A DNA stretch of 64,000 nt from assembly GCA_963693365.1 (NCBI GenBank), contig CAVNZM010000010.1, positions 7,565,794 to 7,629,793 on the forward strand, in the 5' to 3' direction. The DNA comes from Amoebidium appalachense (lineage: Eukaryota > Protista > Ichthyosporea). The translations under genes were made by a program, and so were the position numbers. Positions 12,592 to 27,063 of the stretch are shown in pieces. The number at the start of each line of letters is the position of its first letter. Position 1 is the stretch's first letter. The notes under the pieces were generated by a model. The model was not told the DNA's origin. It saw only the letters and a list, made by a program, of their open reading frames with translations, and searched no databases.

Positions 12592-13480
12592 TTTGTGTTG
12601 TAAAGATACACTCTGTAGGGCTGTGTGGATGGAAGGAAGTGGTGTGGGTGTGGTGTGTGCAGAAGTGACCGGCGCATGTCGCTTTTACCTCGTTTGTACG
12701 GTTGCCCGGGGCAGCCCGGGGCCCTGGTAGCCAATTTGGCACGAGTGAGTCAGTGATGACTGTAGGTTGTTGCGGTCATTTGTATGCATGATTTTTATTC
12801 ACTCTTGTCATGCATATGTTGTGTGGCCCATAATTACATGTTGTCATTCTTGTGGCACAGCGCCGGTGATGTTGAAAGCAATGCTCAGGACAATAATATC
12901 TGCAAGTATCTCAAATGAGTGAAAGCTCCCTCGTGGATTACAACATATGTCTATTATTTTCCCCAAGTTCAATAGAATGCAGAATAGAATGCACGCATAT
13001 ACTAGCACCGGCGTTCGCCAACTGAGAGCTAATAATATTAACCAATCATTTGCAGCTCAAGAACGAGAGCTTTTGGCTACATCTGATTGAATATGATCTC
13101 ACCTAAACCCAAATATGGGCAACACTATATTTTCCACCAATCATCGACCTGTCCTGTAACGACTCCTGTTACTGCTATAGCATTTTTGGTCTGCGCTGCC
13201 GCAACTCGTGAGTCGTGGTCGATAGCACTGTGCACACAAGTGTACGGGTCGGACGGCCTTGTGTGGCAAGGTGCGTTCATTTGCGCGCCAATAGAACTAC
13301 GATAACGGCAGCCGTCGGGGTTCCCGTCTGCGAAACAGGGGCGGAAGCCATGCGGCCCATGCCGCTCCTTCATGTGGCCTAGTCAAATCACAGTGTACCA
13401 ATGACAACAAACAACGGCAACACGAGCAAGGTAGTGTCAACCTGGCCTTCTGTGCCAAGCTGTGGAAGACTGTGCGCGCG

Positions 13481-13519
<39 letters not shown>

Positions 13520-13534
13520 GGGGGGAGGAGGGAT

Positions 13535-13536
<2 letters not shown>

Positions 13537-13626
<90 letters not shown>
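13537..13626. repeat. (GA)n microsatellite flanked by poly-G tracts
   Basis: Directly visible. Confidence 0.95.
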
Positions 13627-13628
<2 letters not shown>

Positions 13629-13670
13629 GAGCGTGTGTGTGCGTGCGGGTGTTTGTGTGTGTGGGGGGGG

Positions 13671-13714
<44 letters not shown>

Positions 13715-14877
13715 AGGGAGGCTGTGCTTTACTAGGTTACTTATATGGTACGTATAATCACTCACTCACTCACACGCATCTAGCACTGATGTGCACTCTC
13801 GACTTTCGGCCGTGCAGCCCGGAAGGATGAAGGCTTGTTGTGTTTGTGAATGTGTGGGTGTGGTTGTTTACGATCATAGTGTGTGCGTGTAATTGGAGAA
13901 GACATTTCGAACGACCGTACGGTTGCCTCACTTGCCCCACCTCCCACCTCCCCCTCCCCTTCGCTATACCAGGGGTCCCCTACCCTCGTAGCCCTCCCCG
14001 GAAAGGAGTACTTCATTCTTCCCTCGACTCTCCTTTGCCTTTTTATATGATACTGCCAGACCAACTTGAATCATTAATGGGCCCCAGCTTACTACTCATG
14101 GCCAGATTCTGAATCAGCTACGTATTCAATGATGCCTTTGTTTGCCAACGGAAAGCTACGGAAAATCTGGGAAATTCCAACTTCCTCAAGCAATATGCAA
14201 CACAGGCCCGGGACGCTATGTGCTAATCATTGAATTGTTTTCGTGTTTTTGGGTGCACCGTGCATTTGAAAGTAGTTGGTTGCGGGCGTCACACATGACC
14301 ACAAGATGTTGACAAACCCAAGTTACAGCCCATTCTGTACAAGTCCATCCACGGCTGCGGTTGGTTCGTTACAGCCTCATGCGGACGGAGACAGCAAGGA
14401 GGGTGGGTGGGGGGAGGGGGGGGATTCACCCATATTTCAGAAAAGGACAAGAAGCTATCTTTCGTGGAATATTTAAATCGTGAGGGACGGCCGCAGCAGG
14501 GGAGGGGTGGGGGGTGTGGGGGGGAGGCCAGTGGCTATACCAAATTGCCTCAGTCCCTTTCTTCCCCTCCAGCGGGGTCCTGGTGGTCTGCCCCCTTCCC
14601 CAGCTAACCCTATGCTGGGTCATCCTTCTGACAACCCCCCTCCCCCTCCCTCCCGGATCCCCCCCCCCCTCCCCCCCCCCCCCCCCCCCCAAACACACAC
14701 ACACACACAAACACACACACACCCTCCTCCCACAGCTCCCTCCAACACACCTCCCCCATTCTTCCCCACAATGGCGCCAATTCAGTTTCGTTCCGATCAC
14801 CGCTTAAAAACTCAGATGGGAGCAAAGTGTCATGATCCTCACTGGCGCGCGCGCGTGCGCGTGTGTGTGTGTATATG

Positions 14878-14922
<45 letters not shown>

Positions 14923-15198
14923 TGCTCGTGTGTTGTGTATCCTTGAGTGTTCAAGGCTTAGATGTGTGTGTGTGTGTGTCGGTTTGTGTGTATGTTTGTG
15001 GGTGTGTGTGGACGTGTATGTTACTGTAAGTGTCTGCCTGTCTGTTGCTGACATCCTCACATACGTGTGTGTGATGCTGTTGCATGTGTGTGTTTGGTGT
15101 ATGTGTCTGTGTGTATGTGTTTGTGTGTGGGGGGGGGAGGGGGGAAGGGGGGGGGGGGAGGGGAGGGAAGGGGGGAGGGGCTTTTTTTTTTTTTTTTT

Positions 15199-15230
<32 letters not shown>

Positions 15231-15523
15231 GGCTACGTAGAGGAGGAGGCCATGTTGGTGATGGTTGCATGCCCGCGCGTGCGCCAGAGAGAAAGGGAGA
15301 GTGAGGGGTGGGGGAGGAATATGAAAAGGAGCATCGTGGGTACAAAGGTAATCGAGAGACAGAGACGGAGAAAGGAAGACTTATCACACAGCAAACACAT
15401 GTATGTGTGCACACACGTGTGCGCGGCTTGAACTTACATTCAGTGAGCAAGCTCACAGAGTACGTGCTCCATTGCTAGAGACCCAGGGTACAAGAGTAAG
15501 GGGGGAAAGGTGTGGGTGTATGT

Positions 15524-15569
<46 letters not shown>

Positions 15570-15752
15570 GGGGTTGTGGGTCCTGCCTCGTAGTGTCGGT
15601 GTCGGCACCGAACTCCAGGACAAAGTGTCTTGTGTGGACCAGGTGGCGTGTGCGCCACGTTGGATATTATGTATGGTAGTAGTGGATGCTTTATCATAAT
15701 CTTTGCCAAGTTTTACTATTGGCGCGGTGTGCATGACCTATCTATCTGTATC

Positions 15753-15983
<231 letters not shown>

Positions 15984-16297
15984 GGGAACAAAGCGTGAGA
16001 GTCTATCATGCAGAAACCGTTTTGCGCCAGCGCGATGTGTGTGTAGAATACAATGTGCGCTGTGGCGTGCACATAGCCGCTGTGTGTATATGAGAGGTAT
16101 GAGTGTATCGGTGCACTTACCTTCCACTGTGATACTATTATGATGTCCTTTGCCTTGAACCTCCTTGTGTTCCCCTCTTTTGCTCTTACCTCACCAAGTA
16201 ACATCTCTTGAGCTCATGTCCTTACCGATAATTCCTAACCACCACTCATTTAACTCAAAAACTTTGCTTCATTTTGTCTCGATGGCTGCATGCATTT

Positions 16298-16376
<79 letters not shown>

Positions 16377-16724
16377 TAATTACGTGCGGCCTTCTAAACA
16401 TAGTACATTTGCGCCATGTGACTGCAAACACACCTTTTCGAGTTCAAGATGGTTTATTTAGTTTTGAATACAGCTCTCAGAAGCACGGGGCCAACGTACA
16501 ACATCAGCAGGCTCTGGATGACTGTACATGTCATGATTTGCAACAGTAAAAATACCAATTACTTTGAAAACTTACATTTTCTCTAAAACACAACAAAACG
16601 TGGTCAAGGGCTTCAATAAATCGAGACATTCGAAAATTTGCTTACTCTGTACGAGCATACATACACAAAGGTTTGTCATCCTAACAATTCACACATAAAA
16701 AACTGCCAGCCATGCTGTATAGAG

Positions 16725-17675
16725 TTAGGCACTGTCACTGGTTGTGGCCGTATCATCAGATGTAGCTGCCACAGCCTCATTCTCCTCCCCACTGGGCACA
16801 TCCATCTCAGGGGCGGAATCCTCTGCCGGTGCCGTCTCAGCAGACATAGTTTCATCCACAGCTGAAGTGGTAGGAGTGGCAGGGGTGGTTGCAGCAGCAG
16901 TCCCTGCAACTGCTGGCTCCTCTGCCGCAGACTCCCCAGCTGCTGCCTCTGTCTCGGCTGCTGCAGCATCTGTGGCTGCGGGTGCACGTGTGTCCTGTGC
17001 CACCTCTGTGGCAGCAACCGGTGTGGGCTCGTCGACTGTGTCATCAGTAGGGGTAGACTCAGCGGGCTCAGAGACCTCCGAGTCCTCGCTGGTGGGCGCA
17101 TCCTCCCCTGCAGGTGTTGCCTCGGCAGTGTCCACTGCAGCCTCATCACGGCGACGGCGGCCAGAATCCGCTTTGGTTGCGGCCTCGGTGCCGGTGGTTG
17201 TTGCCTCAGGGTCAGCGGCCGCGGTGGTGGCTGCGACGGCAGGCTCGGTGGCTGCGGTGGTGGCAGCTGCTGGCTCGGTGCTTGCGGCAGTAGCAGTGGG
17301 TGTGGCCGTCACGGTGACCGTCACAGTCTCGGTGCAGCCGCATGTGGTGGCCTCCGTGGCAGTGGCTGCTGGGTCAGAGGTGGTGGGTTCGGCAGCTGCA
17401 GCTGTGCTGGTCTCCGTTGCCTCCGTGGCGCTGGCGGTCTCGACTACAGAACCGGTAGCAATGTCTGCAGCACTGCCGGCGATAGACGAGCACTCGTTCT
17501 CTTGGTCGGCCTCGCAGGCAGTGGGCACTGCAGCAATGGTGGTGGCTGCCTCCACGCTGGTCACGGTGTCGACGGCAGAAGAAACCTCGGGGGCACGGCG
17601 CATCATCGGCGCAGCTGACACCAGAGCAGCGCAGGCACACAGGACAGCAGCTGCGAGGTTCATGTTCAGACGCAT
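16725..17675 (-). CDS. Secreted mucin-like/cell-wall-type Ala/Thr/Glu-rich protein (316 aa)
   Basis: Intronless ORF; signal peptide (MNLAAAVLCACAALVSA); MMRR|APE and SGRRRR|DE basic sites; TEPAAATT-type repeats; CGCTETVTVTV motif; acidic tail without a hydrophobic GPI signal. Confidence 0.85.
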   Translation of the reverse strand: MRLNMNLAAAVLCACAALVSAAPMMRRAPEVSSAVDTVTSVEAATTIAAVPTACEADQENECSSIAGSAADIATGSVVETASATEATETSTAAAAEPTTSDPAATATEATTCGCTETVTVTVTATPTATAASTEPAAATTAATEPAVAATTAAADPEATTTGTEAATKADSGRRRRDEAAVDTAEATPAGEDAPTSEDSEVSEPAESTPTDDTVDEPTPVAATEVAQDTRAPAATDAAAAETEAAAGESAAEEPAVAGTAAATTPATPTTSAVDETMSAETAPAEDSAPEMDVPSGEENEAVAATSDDTATTSDSA

Positions 17676-17804
17676 TTTGATTATGAGGATTTGTAGTGCG
17701 GGTTGGTGTGTATAGGAGAGTAGGTAATGTTGCAGATGGTGGCTATCACAGTGGCCGTAGCTAGATTGGAGCAGTGGAGTGATTCCAAAGAAGGCCTGCC
17801 GATC

Positions 17805-18190
17805 ATTTTATAACCTCGTGGTGAATCGTTCAAGCCGCATCTGATTGGCGCAATAGTGATCAATACGAAGGCGACTAGAGTGTATCATGATTGTAATCGA
17901 ATCAAAAATGACAGAGCCAGTGGTCTAAGGCTTCCAAGCATCACTGATCACCATCGGATGCACGACGGCACGAACCTGCAGACGCTAGAGAACTCACCTA
18001 CAGTATCTTACATTTTTTTTTACGGAGACAAAGCTTAACACTCTGTACAAATAAGGATTGGGATAAGAAGAGCTGGTGAAAAGGTTACAACAGAAATAAA
18101 ACAGTACTATGCTCCACAACTGTCCACTCGATCTATAGCCAATCACAAGCGATGGGTATTTCGGACATTCGCTGGTTTTTTGATTGGCTA
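17805..18190 (-). promoter_or_regulatory. TATA plus CCAAT promoter of the 316-aa secreted protein gene
   Basis: TTATAAAA on the minus strand at ~17806-17813, CTGATTGGC at 17841, and further CCAAT boxes at ~18139 and 18181. Confidence 0.5.
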
Positions 18191-18587
18191 TCAATAAATA
18201 CCTGACTCTTCTCAAGATGAAAAAGGAATGTGTCCACCTTTGTCACAGATGACCCAAGCATCGAGGAACGAGGTTACCCTCAGACCATCAATTTTTTGTG
18301 ATACTTCAAGTACTGTAGTTTATAAGACATAAAAACTTAAGTTTAAGCAAAAAAATAAATAAAATGATGGTCGTATATAGTGCATTATGCATTCGTGAAC
18401 CGCAAACAGGCAGACACTTCTGAACCACATTGCATTCATGAGGAATCCACATCATTCTTTTCATTCCTGGGCTCCAATGGCATGTAAACAAACCCAGGGA
18501 TCGAAATTTCCAAAAGAGTTTGGGAACTTTCCAAACTTTTTTTCTGAATTCCCAAAGAACCTCCGGGGTTTGGTGGGGAGGGGGTGG

Positions 18588-18623
<36 letters not shown>

Positions 18624-18829
18624 GAGGGGGAGAAAGGGCCCCGGGGAAGGGAGGGAGGGAGGAGGAGGAGGGAGAAGGGAGGGGGGGATTAGGGGGGGAG
18701 AGGGGGGGGGGGGGGGATAGGGAGGAGGAGGTCTCATGTTTTGACTGTGGCTATGGGGGAATAGTGGTGCGGCCATGGCCCAGGCCCTCCAGGGCCGCTG
18801 GCTTGGGGCCCGGGCCGGATTGGGGGCCG

Positions 18830-18878
<49 letters not shown>

Positions 18879-20571
18879 AAACTGCGAGCCGTGAGTGGGT
18901 ACAAATATTACAGTGGGCCACTGGGCCTTGGGGGCGGGGAGAAGAGTCGTATCTGTATATGTTTTTGTGCACCACGCCCAGGATTTTCCCAAACACTTTT
19001 CCTTAAGTTATTTTGGAGAATCCCAAACAACTTGGACCCTACCCCAAAGTCTCAAAAACGGATTTCAAGCCCTGAGCAAACCCATTTACATTTACCATAT
19101 ATGGTTTGTATCCCTGGGGTCTAAATCAGCTCAGCCAATCAGAGCCCGTTCAACTCAACATCATCTTTTGATGCCCACGTGGTTGTGAGTGTGAACATGG
19201 GTGTCACGTGCGGCTGACATGTGTTGAGGCCGAGGGGCTCTCAGAGCTCGAGGCGCTGCCACTCATTCATGACAGAAGAAATGCATTTATTTTTAACGGA
19301 AAACGGTGCATCATGTGACAGCCTGAGCCTGATGTGACCGCGGGCCTGGGCTGGGGGTACGTGCGTTTTGACATGCACACACGTACGCGTCAACGTAGTA
19401 CTGATCGATGACGGTGTGTGTGTGTGTGTCGTGTATGTGAGTGTGTGCTTGCATGCCGTGTGTGTACACGTGTGTGTATGGGTGTATGTGTGCGTGCGTG
19501 CGTGTCTGTGTTTGAGTGTGTGCACGTGAAGTTCAACAGCGCAGGCCGTGACACGGAGTGTTCGCGTGTGTGTGCATGCATGGATTTGATCATGCAACAT
19601 CAATATGGGAGCCTAGCATAGCCACATACATGGCCAACATGTGATATAAGCACCGTGCATGCATGTCCTCCACGCCCATGTGCTGTGGCAAGGTGCTTTA
19701 TTTGTTGATGTTCCTGTTAATATTGAGCCAAGCCTTTCATCACGGCAATTATTCTTCCTTCTGAATACATACAGCCTGAGGGCATGGCTGTACATAATAA
19801 CTAGATCTTACATGGCCATGCAAATACGAAAAGTTGAACAACACATCCTTCATTTCATTATGTCACTGATGCCTAATTTTATTTTCAAACACGTTTTGTT
19901 TTTCAGATGTATATATTATTCGACCAGTCACCACCTTCACACTACAACCATTCACATAAAGAATTGCGCATTCACGAAAGTTCTGTTGAGCAGTTATACA
20001 AGATTTTACAAAATTATACAAAAAATATGTACAAAAGGTGCAAACATAGTGATTCCCGTAAGTTTAGATGGGCCATGGGTGTGTGGTTGGCTGTGCATTG
20101 TGTACCATAATGTGGATTGTAGGGTGAGTTTTGCTTCAGCAACTGTGTGTGATCGCGCTTGCTGGCATGTGACTTTGGCTTACACTGCCCAAGTGGGGGG
20201 AACCAGGCACGGGATGAAAAGCAGGTGATCGGGCGGGCAGGAGTGTGGAGGGCCGGTGTGGGTGATGTGTCCATGTGTGTCTGGGTGTGTGTGTGGTGTG
20301 TGTGTGTGTGTGTGTGTGTGTGCGTTTTGGGGGGGGGGGGGCTGGAACGGTCAAGGTATTCGCTTGCTGCTGAGCACCCTGCTGGCCTGTGTGAGGGTGT
20401 GGGGCATGGTGAGAGATGAAGGCCGCACCCCTGGCCGGATAACAAACCATGCACGATGACCAGCTACAAACCTTTATTTACTGATGTATGTGATTTAAAT
20501 TGACAAACAGCCACAGACCAGTCCCACTTTTTAGTTACCATTTCTTGAGTGAAACACTTTTTTTTTTTTTT

Positions 20572-20602
<31 letters not shown>

Positions 20603-20708
20603 GGGGAAGGGGGGGGGGGGGGGAGGTGGATTGGAGGTGCACAATGACTGTTCGCTCAACCCCCCCCCCCCCCTCCCCCCCCCCCTTTCCTCCCCCCCCC
20701 TCCCCCCC

Positions 20709-20743
<35 letters not shown>

Positions 20744-21176
20744 ATAAACAAACATTCACTCAAATATGACAAATAAAACCCGGAACTTGTCCGTAGCTAT
20801 TTGTTGGTACCCAAAAACCGCGGTGAAAAAAAAGGGGAAAAAACTAAAAAACAAAACAAAAAGGGACTGCGTTTTCTGTACAACACCCACTCTGAGTCAG
20901 ATGTAGAACCTGCGGACACATTTACCAGCAACACAAATAAAGAGAACTGAACTTGCAAGCAAAGAGCCAGGCAGCTGCCAAGGGCATTACAGCAGGCTAC
21001 GAGTTTCCCCTCCCTTTCGTTTCGTTATGATGCCCCCGTGCACATGCACATGGCCAATACAACATGTGTGTGTGGGCTAAACGCATCACTAGGAATGCTG
21101 CCGTGGTCATACTAGGTGCGGGTGTGTGCGTGTGACTGGGTTTATGTGTGTTTGATATCATGTGTGCGCGTGCGCA

Positions 21177-21250
<74 letters not shown>

Positions 21251-21352
21251 CGCGCGCGTGCGCGTGTGTACAGGTGTGTGTGTGTGTGTGTTTGCATGCG
21301 TGTGTTTTTCAGTGGTCGGTGTGGTGGTTTGGGTGGGCCGGCAGGGAGAGAT

Positions 21353-21416
<64 letters not shown>

Positions 21417-21703
21417 GCTCACTTGGATTTCATCATCAGTCATAATGCCCTCCACCACCACCAACTGATATTGCTTGTTGCGGAGACGGTCTGTGTGTGT
21501 GCATGAGTGTGATGGTTAGCTTCTGTGTTTACGTGCAATGGTGTGGCTGTCCGTGCAGCTTTAGCGGCATGTGTGTTATTCCTTGCAATGACACGAGCAC
21601 ATCTCTGTGACAGCAGGAGTCCCGTAAGAAGAGAGTTTGGTGGTGATGATGATGGTGGGGGGCGTGGTACCGGTGGCGGGCAGGTTGGGGGGAGGGGGAG
21701 GGG

Positions 21704-21757
<54 letters not shown>

Positions 21758-21806
21758 GGGCATACGTCAAATACTATGAGAAAGCATTGATTAGTAAGTG
21801 CATAAC

Positions 21807-21876
21807 CTGCAGATTGTGCTCCGGCCGAAACTGACAACACAGAAGAAAAAACAATGTGGTGAGTGCACTTTTTACC

Positions 21877-21908
<32 letters not shown>

Positions 21909-21940
21909 ACCAAATGCACACAGACACAGACCCCCCCCCC

Positions 21941-21971
<31 letters not shown>

Positions 21972-23327
21972 ACAAAGAATGATCGCACCTGCACCACCTG
22001 CAACACATATACTTTGATTGAGACTGAGTTAGACGGGGAACCCAACCCAACCCCAGACACCACCATCAACACATCCATACCAGGTGTACGCCGCAGCATA
22101 TCAAGGCGTTTCTGGGCCACGCAATCCCGCATCTTATTGGTGGGGCATCCAGGGTCAAGAATTAATAGGCGGCAGGGCCTATCCCCACTGGGTGTTGCCT
22201 CCTCTATGCCGATGATCAGCCGGCTGTGCCCTGCATGTGGTGGCGAGTGTTTTTCTCTGAGCTCTATGGGGAGAGAATAGATTCCTTATGCGTGAAGACA
22301 TAAAGAGTAACAGAATTTGGTGGGGCATTTGGGGGGTGCTGGGTTGTGTTTTTTTGGGGGGGATTTGGGGGAGGGGGGGAGGGGAGGGGGGGGGGGGAGA
22401 AGCCAGCAAAGCTGAGGTGATCCGTGCCTAGAGTAGCTATGTAGATTGGCAAGCTGTGTAGTAAGATACTGCAGCCCTCCCCCCCCTCCTCCCTTTCCCC
22501 ACCACCATCACCACACTCTCACCCAGAAAGGACAGGAAAGCACGAAAAAAGGCAAAATATGTGAAGCACCACCACCAATACGTGTGCACACATGGTTGTG
22601 GCCATACCCATATGCTGCAGGTAGATGGGGGGCACTAGCCGGGCATTTGGGTTTGTACGTGCACGCTGGAACACGGTCGTGCCTGGGTTCCGGCATCTTT
22701 GCTGGTGTGGTCGGACTGTGAGTCTTCGATTTGTTCATGGTTGGTGGGTATGTATGAATAGAAAAGAAGGACAAAAGAAATGACGGGGGTTAAATGTACA
22801 CGGCCACCTTTCACACGTACGTGCAAAGCAGCAACCTGAAATTGTTTGGTGCAAACAAGAGGAGGGGGAAATGCTGACTCCTCAGGCACACAATGATATG
22901 GATTTGATAATAGGAGACATGCAGGCACGTGTGTGCATAAGCCTTACACATACGTGGGTGAATCGGGCACATGCATGCTAGCGTGTCTGTACGTGTGGGT
23001 GAAGGGGAGGGCATGGGTAAATCAGTGTTACAGTGAGCGTGTGCATGCTCGTCAATGCCTTGAATTCTCATGTACAGCCCGCTAATTGTGCCCGTGTACG
23101 TGTGTGGTCGTATGTTTCCCAGTATGTGCCTCCAAGTACATAGTTGTCCGGTCTCAATACCTATTCCCTTCTCCCCTAGTCTCTCTCAAGCCCCTCCTCC
23201 CCCCTCACCTCTCTCGCTCTCTCTCACCCTCCCTCCCACCCTCCCCCCCCCCCCCCCCCCCCCTCTCGCTGTGTGCGTGTGTGTGTTTACGTGCACAAAT
23301 GCGGGATTGTGTGTGTCCGTCCGTCCA

Positions 23328-23374
<47 letters not shown>

Positions 23375-24064
23375 CGTGCATGTGTGTGCGTGTGCATGCG
23401 TGTGTGTGCATGTGTGTGTGTGTGAGTGTGTGCGCGCGCGCGTGTGTGCATGTGTGTGTGTATGTATGTATTTCCGTTTGTGCGTGTGTTTGTGCGTGCG
23501 TGCACGCGCACCTTTGTGTGTGTGTGTGTGTGCATCCACCTTAAAGTAGTCGAGCACATATGTGAATAGCTCTGGGTGGGTCTCTTTGGGGCCGGTCGGT
23601 TTGTGGAAGTCCACAAGGGTAGTCCTGTGCCCTCAAAATCAGCAAACACACAAGCAAAAAACAACAAAAGACAAAACATGGAAGAGAGACAAGCACAGGC
23701 ATAGGGGGCTTCCCTTTTTATTTTCACCTTTTCACCTTGTTCCAAATCGCATACTTTTGGGTGGGTACCAGCCCCAGAGAGCCACTGCAAGGATACTGCA
23801 GAACGACTCCCTTTTTTCGTTCCTTCCTCTCTATTATTCAAAGAATATCATTCATATGTATTGCAAGAATTAATATGAGTACCAGCTGAACATGGATTAA
23901 CATATCAAACCTGTAGGGATAGACCTCCACGGGTTTCCACGGCGAAAGCAAATATCTGAACGCTCGTTGCAGAGCGCTCCTTGTTTATATTGAAAATGTA
24001 TTGCTGCGCACTTTACAATTGAATAGTTTTGGTTAGTTATAGCGTGTTAGGGGGAGGAAAAAGG

Positions 24065-24095
<31 letters not shown>

Positions 24096-24739
24096 TATTT
24101 TGTAGAATTCGCCGAGCAAGTAAATGAAAGTGAGATCATGGGCCTGCTTGTCAGGGACTCGGTGCTTGTGCGGGGAGTAAAGGCGGGGCGGGGCGGGGGG
24201 GGGGAGGGGGGGGGGAGGGGGGGGGGGGGGGGGGGAGGGGGGAAGGGGGGGGGGGGGGGGGAGGGTTTTGATGGTGACAGTGGGTACCTGATGCCAAATG
24301 AGCGAAACAGAGCAGTGACCTCTGTGGCGCCTATCCACTTCTTGGAGTCGTACACGCTGTGCCCTAGCTGCTCACTCCCGGCTGCATCGAACCCTAAGGA
24401 AAGCCCTGTCAGTGCATGTGTGGGTCTCCAGCCCCATTGCTTTGCTGAAGACCCTTCATGAATTCAGAATACAATATTTGGGTTTTTCTTTGCGACGTGT
24501 TGAGGATGCTCTGGTTCAAACTCCACTTGCTGATTGATGGACCTCCCCCCCCCCCCCCTTCCCCCCCCCCCCCCCCCTCCCTCCCCTCACCCTCCCCCCC
24601 CCCCCTCCCTCTCCCCCCCCCCCCCCCCCCTCCTCCTCCTTTCCCCCACAGGACACACTTCCTACTCACGAAAGAAAAGAATGGGGAGGGGGCGGGGGGG
24701 AGAGGGAAGGGGGGGGGGAAGGGGGGGGGGGGGGGGGGG

Positions 24740-24774
<35 letters not shown>

Positions 24775-25931
24775 GGCAAGTTACTGGGTACTGCAAGGCA
24801 ATGATCGTTCAGGTAGTGAGGAAGTTAACACCCGCATGTGCCACAGCAGTGGGGCAAGACCGCAGCAAACAGAACAAAATAAAAACACCAGATGAGTACC
24901 GCATAGCCTGGCTCACCTTTAGCCCATGCGGCCTCGATGAACCGCTGAAGCTTTGGTATTTCGGGCACAAACCCGACACCTGAGCAGAGACATCATCAGC
25001 CCTAGTTCTATGTAATATTGCATGAAAAAACACCTTTCCTATTCCCCCAATCGAAGTTTGGAAATCCACCAGCAAGACAAAACTAATAATGCCCCTCGTA
25101 TTGCTATATATAGCCCGACAATTAAGGCACACAACCGGAGACCGCTTGTTTTAATATTAGCCCACACTAATCTTGGTTTTGCTTATTATGCCTGGGATGG
25201 ATGTTACACTACGCCTGATGTTGCCGCTTATGATCCCGGTATTAAAGAAACACTACCCCAGGTGTTGCTATTAATAACCCCGGTATTAAAGATATACTGC
25301 CCCTGATAATGATATATATAAATTCTGGGGTTGAAACACACACTACAACTAGTGTTGCTACTCATATAACCTGGGCATATAAAACACGCCACCGCCCCCA
25401 CCGTCAAACAGTCGTTTTGCATAGTCCTCGTTCTGCAGTAGACAAGACGCCATCATCTGTGCAATAATCGAATTTAGTTTAAACCCAAAAAAGGGGGAAG
25501 TGCCCAGTCTGTCCCAGCTATCTCCCACTCGATTTTCATTAAACGCTATGGTTCTGCAGCGCTCCAATTAAAACGACAACGAAGAGCCCTAGCGTGTTTT
25601 ACCATGGTGCTTCTGTGCCTACCCACCACCTTTCTTCCCGCACGCCGCGCCCCCTCCCCCCACCCTCTTACCTAAAAAAAAGGAAAAAGATAAAAAAGGG
25701 TGGGAAGAAGGGGGAGGGGGGGGAGGGGGGGGAGACCACAAACCAGAAAGAAGCAAAAACCATACACGCACACATCCACACCCACCCATACACGCACACA
25801 TCCACACCCACCCACCCACACGTGCACGCATACATACACACACATGCAGTCACCTTCACACCACACCTTCACAACTTCACACACACACACACACACACAC
25901 ACACCACACACACACGCGCGCGCGCGCGCAC

Positions 25932-26010
<79 letters not shown>

Positions 26011-26101
26011 TCCAGGCAGCTGCATGCACGCACGCACACACGGACGCACACCGAACCATTCAAAAACACACACATCCCGACTTTCAACCCTCGTCCTCTA
26101 A

Positions 26102-26161
<60 letters not shown>

Positions 26162-26525
26162 GGGTCGACAGTCCAAATGAATTCATGAAACAACCACGCC
26201 CATCCTCCCAAGAAACATACACCCCGCACATGCCACAGCCTTTCTGCCATTTCCCTTACCTGTATGTTTCTGTAGCCACAACCCCACCCCCTGTCACCAA
26301 ACGAGGATGCATAGTGGACTGTAGGGGAGCAAACATATCCCCTCACGATGCCGGGGGGTAGTCGTGGGCTGCTGTAGATCTGTCGCAGCATTTCGACCAC
26401 ACCTGGGCAGAAGATAGCGGAAGGGAGAACGATTAGCAAGAACTCACAGACAGTGACAAGAGAAATCAAGCTACACCACAGAATCTCTAGAGCACCAAAA
26501 ACAGTTTGATATGCCCCAAACATGA

Positions 26526-26556
<31 letters not shown>

Positions 26557-26985
26557 GCCCACACACACACACACCCTTCTCTGCCCTCGGGGAGGGAGGG
26601 CCCAGGTACCCCCAGCAACCTGTCCCACCCAACATCGTCCATCAAACAACCTTTCAAATATCCATCTCCATGCTCACAAAGCCTTCAAAGCATGCATCAC
26701 ACATTCTCCCCTCCCCCCTCCCCCCCCCCCCCCCCCCTCCCCGCGCCTCCCTCCCTCCCCCCCCCCCCCTTCCTCCTCCCTGCGCGCATTCCCACTCGAA
26801 ATAAAAAACCCCGTTTCCCGACTTTGGGTACCCGTTCTCGTGCCCCCCTCCCCCCCCCCCCCTCCCCCCCTCCCCCCTTCACCCCTATAAACAGACACAC
26901 ACACACACCCCCCCCTCCCCCCAACACACACCCACATACCCCCCCCCCCCCCCCCCCAAACACACCCACCCACCCACCCACCCAC

Positions 26986-27063
<78 letters not shown>

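Noticed and set aside
16744-17715. 323-aa plus-strand ORF, and similarly 11725-12519 and 12050-12397
   Set aside because: Antisense shadows of the low-complexity secreted-protein genes.
22425-22470. LPIYIATLG as the ZUP1 pre-His exon with a GC donor
   Set aside because: A better match, PPIYLQHMG with a GT donor, exists at 22608-22640.
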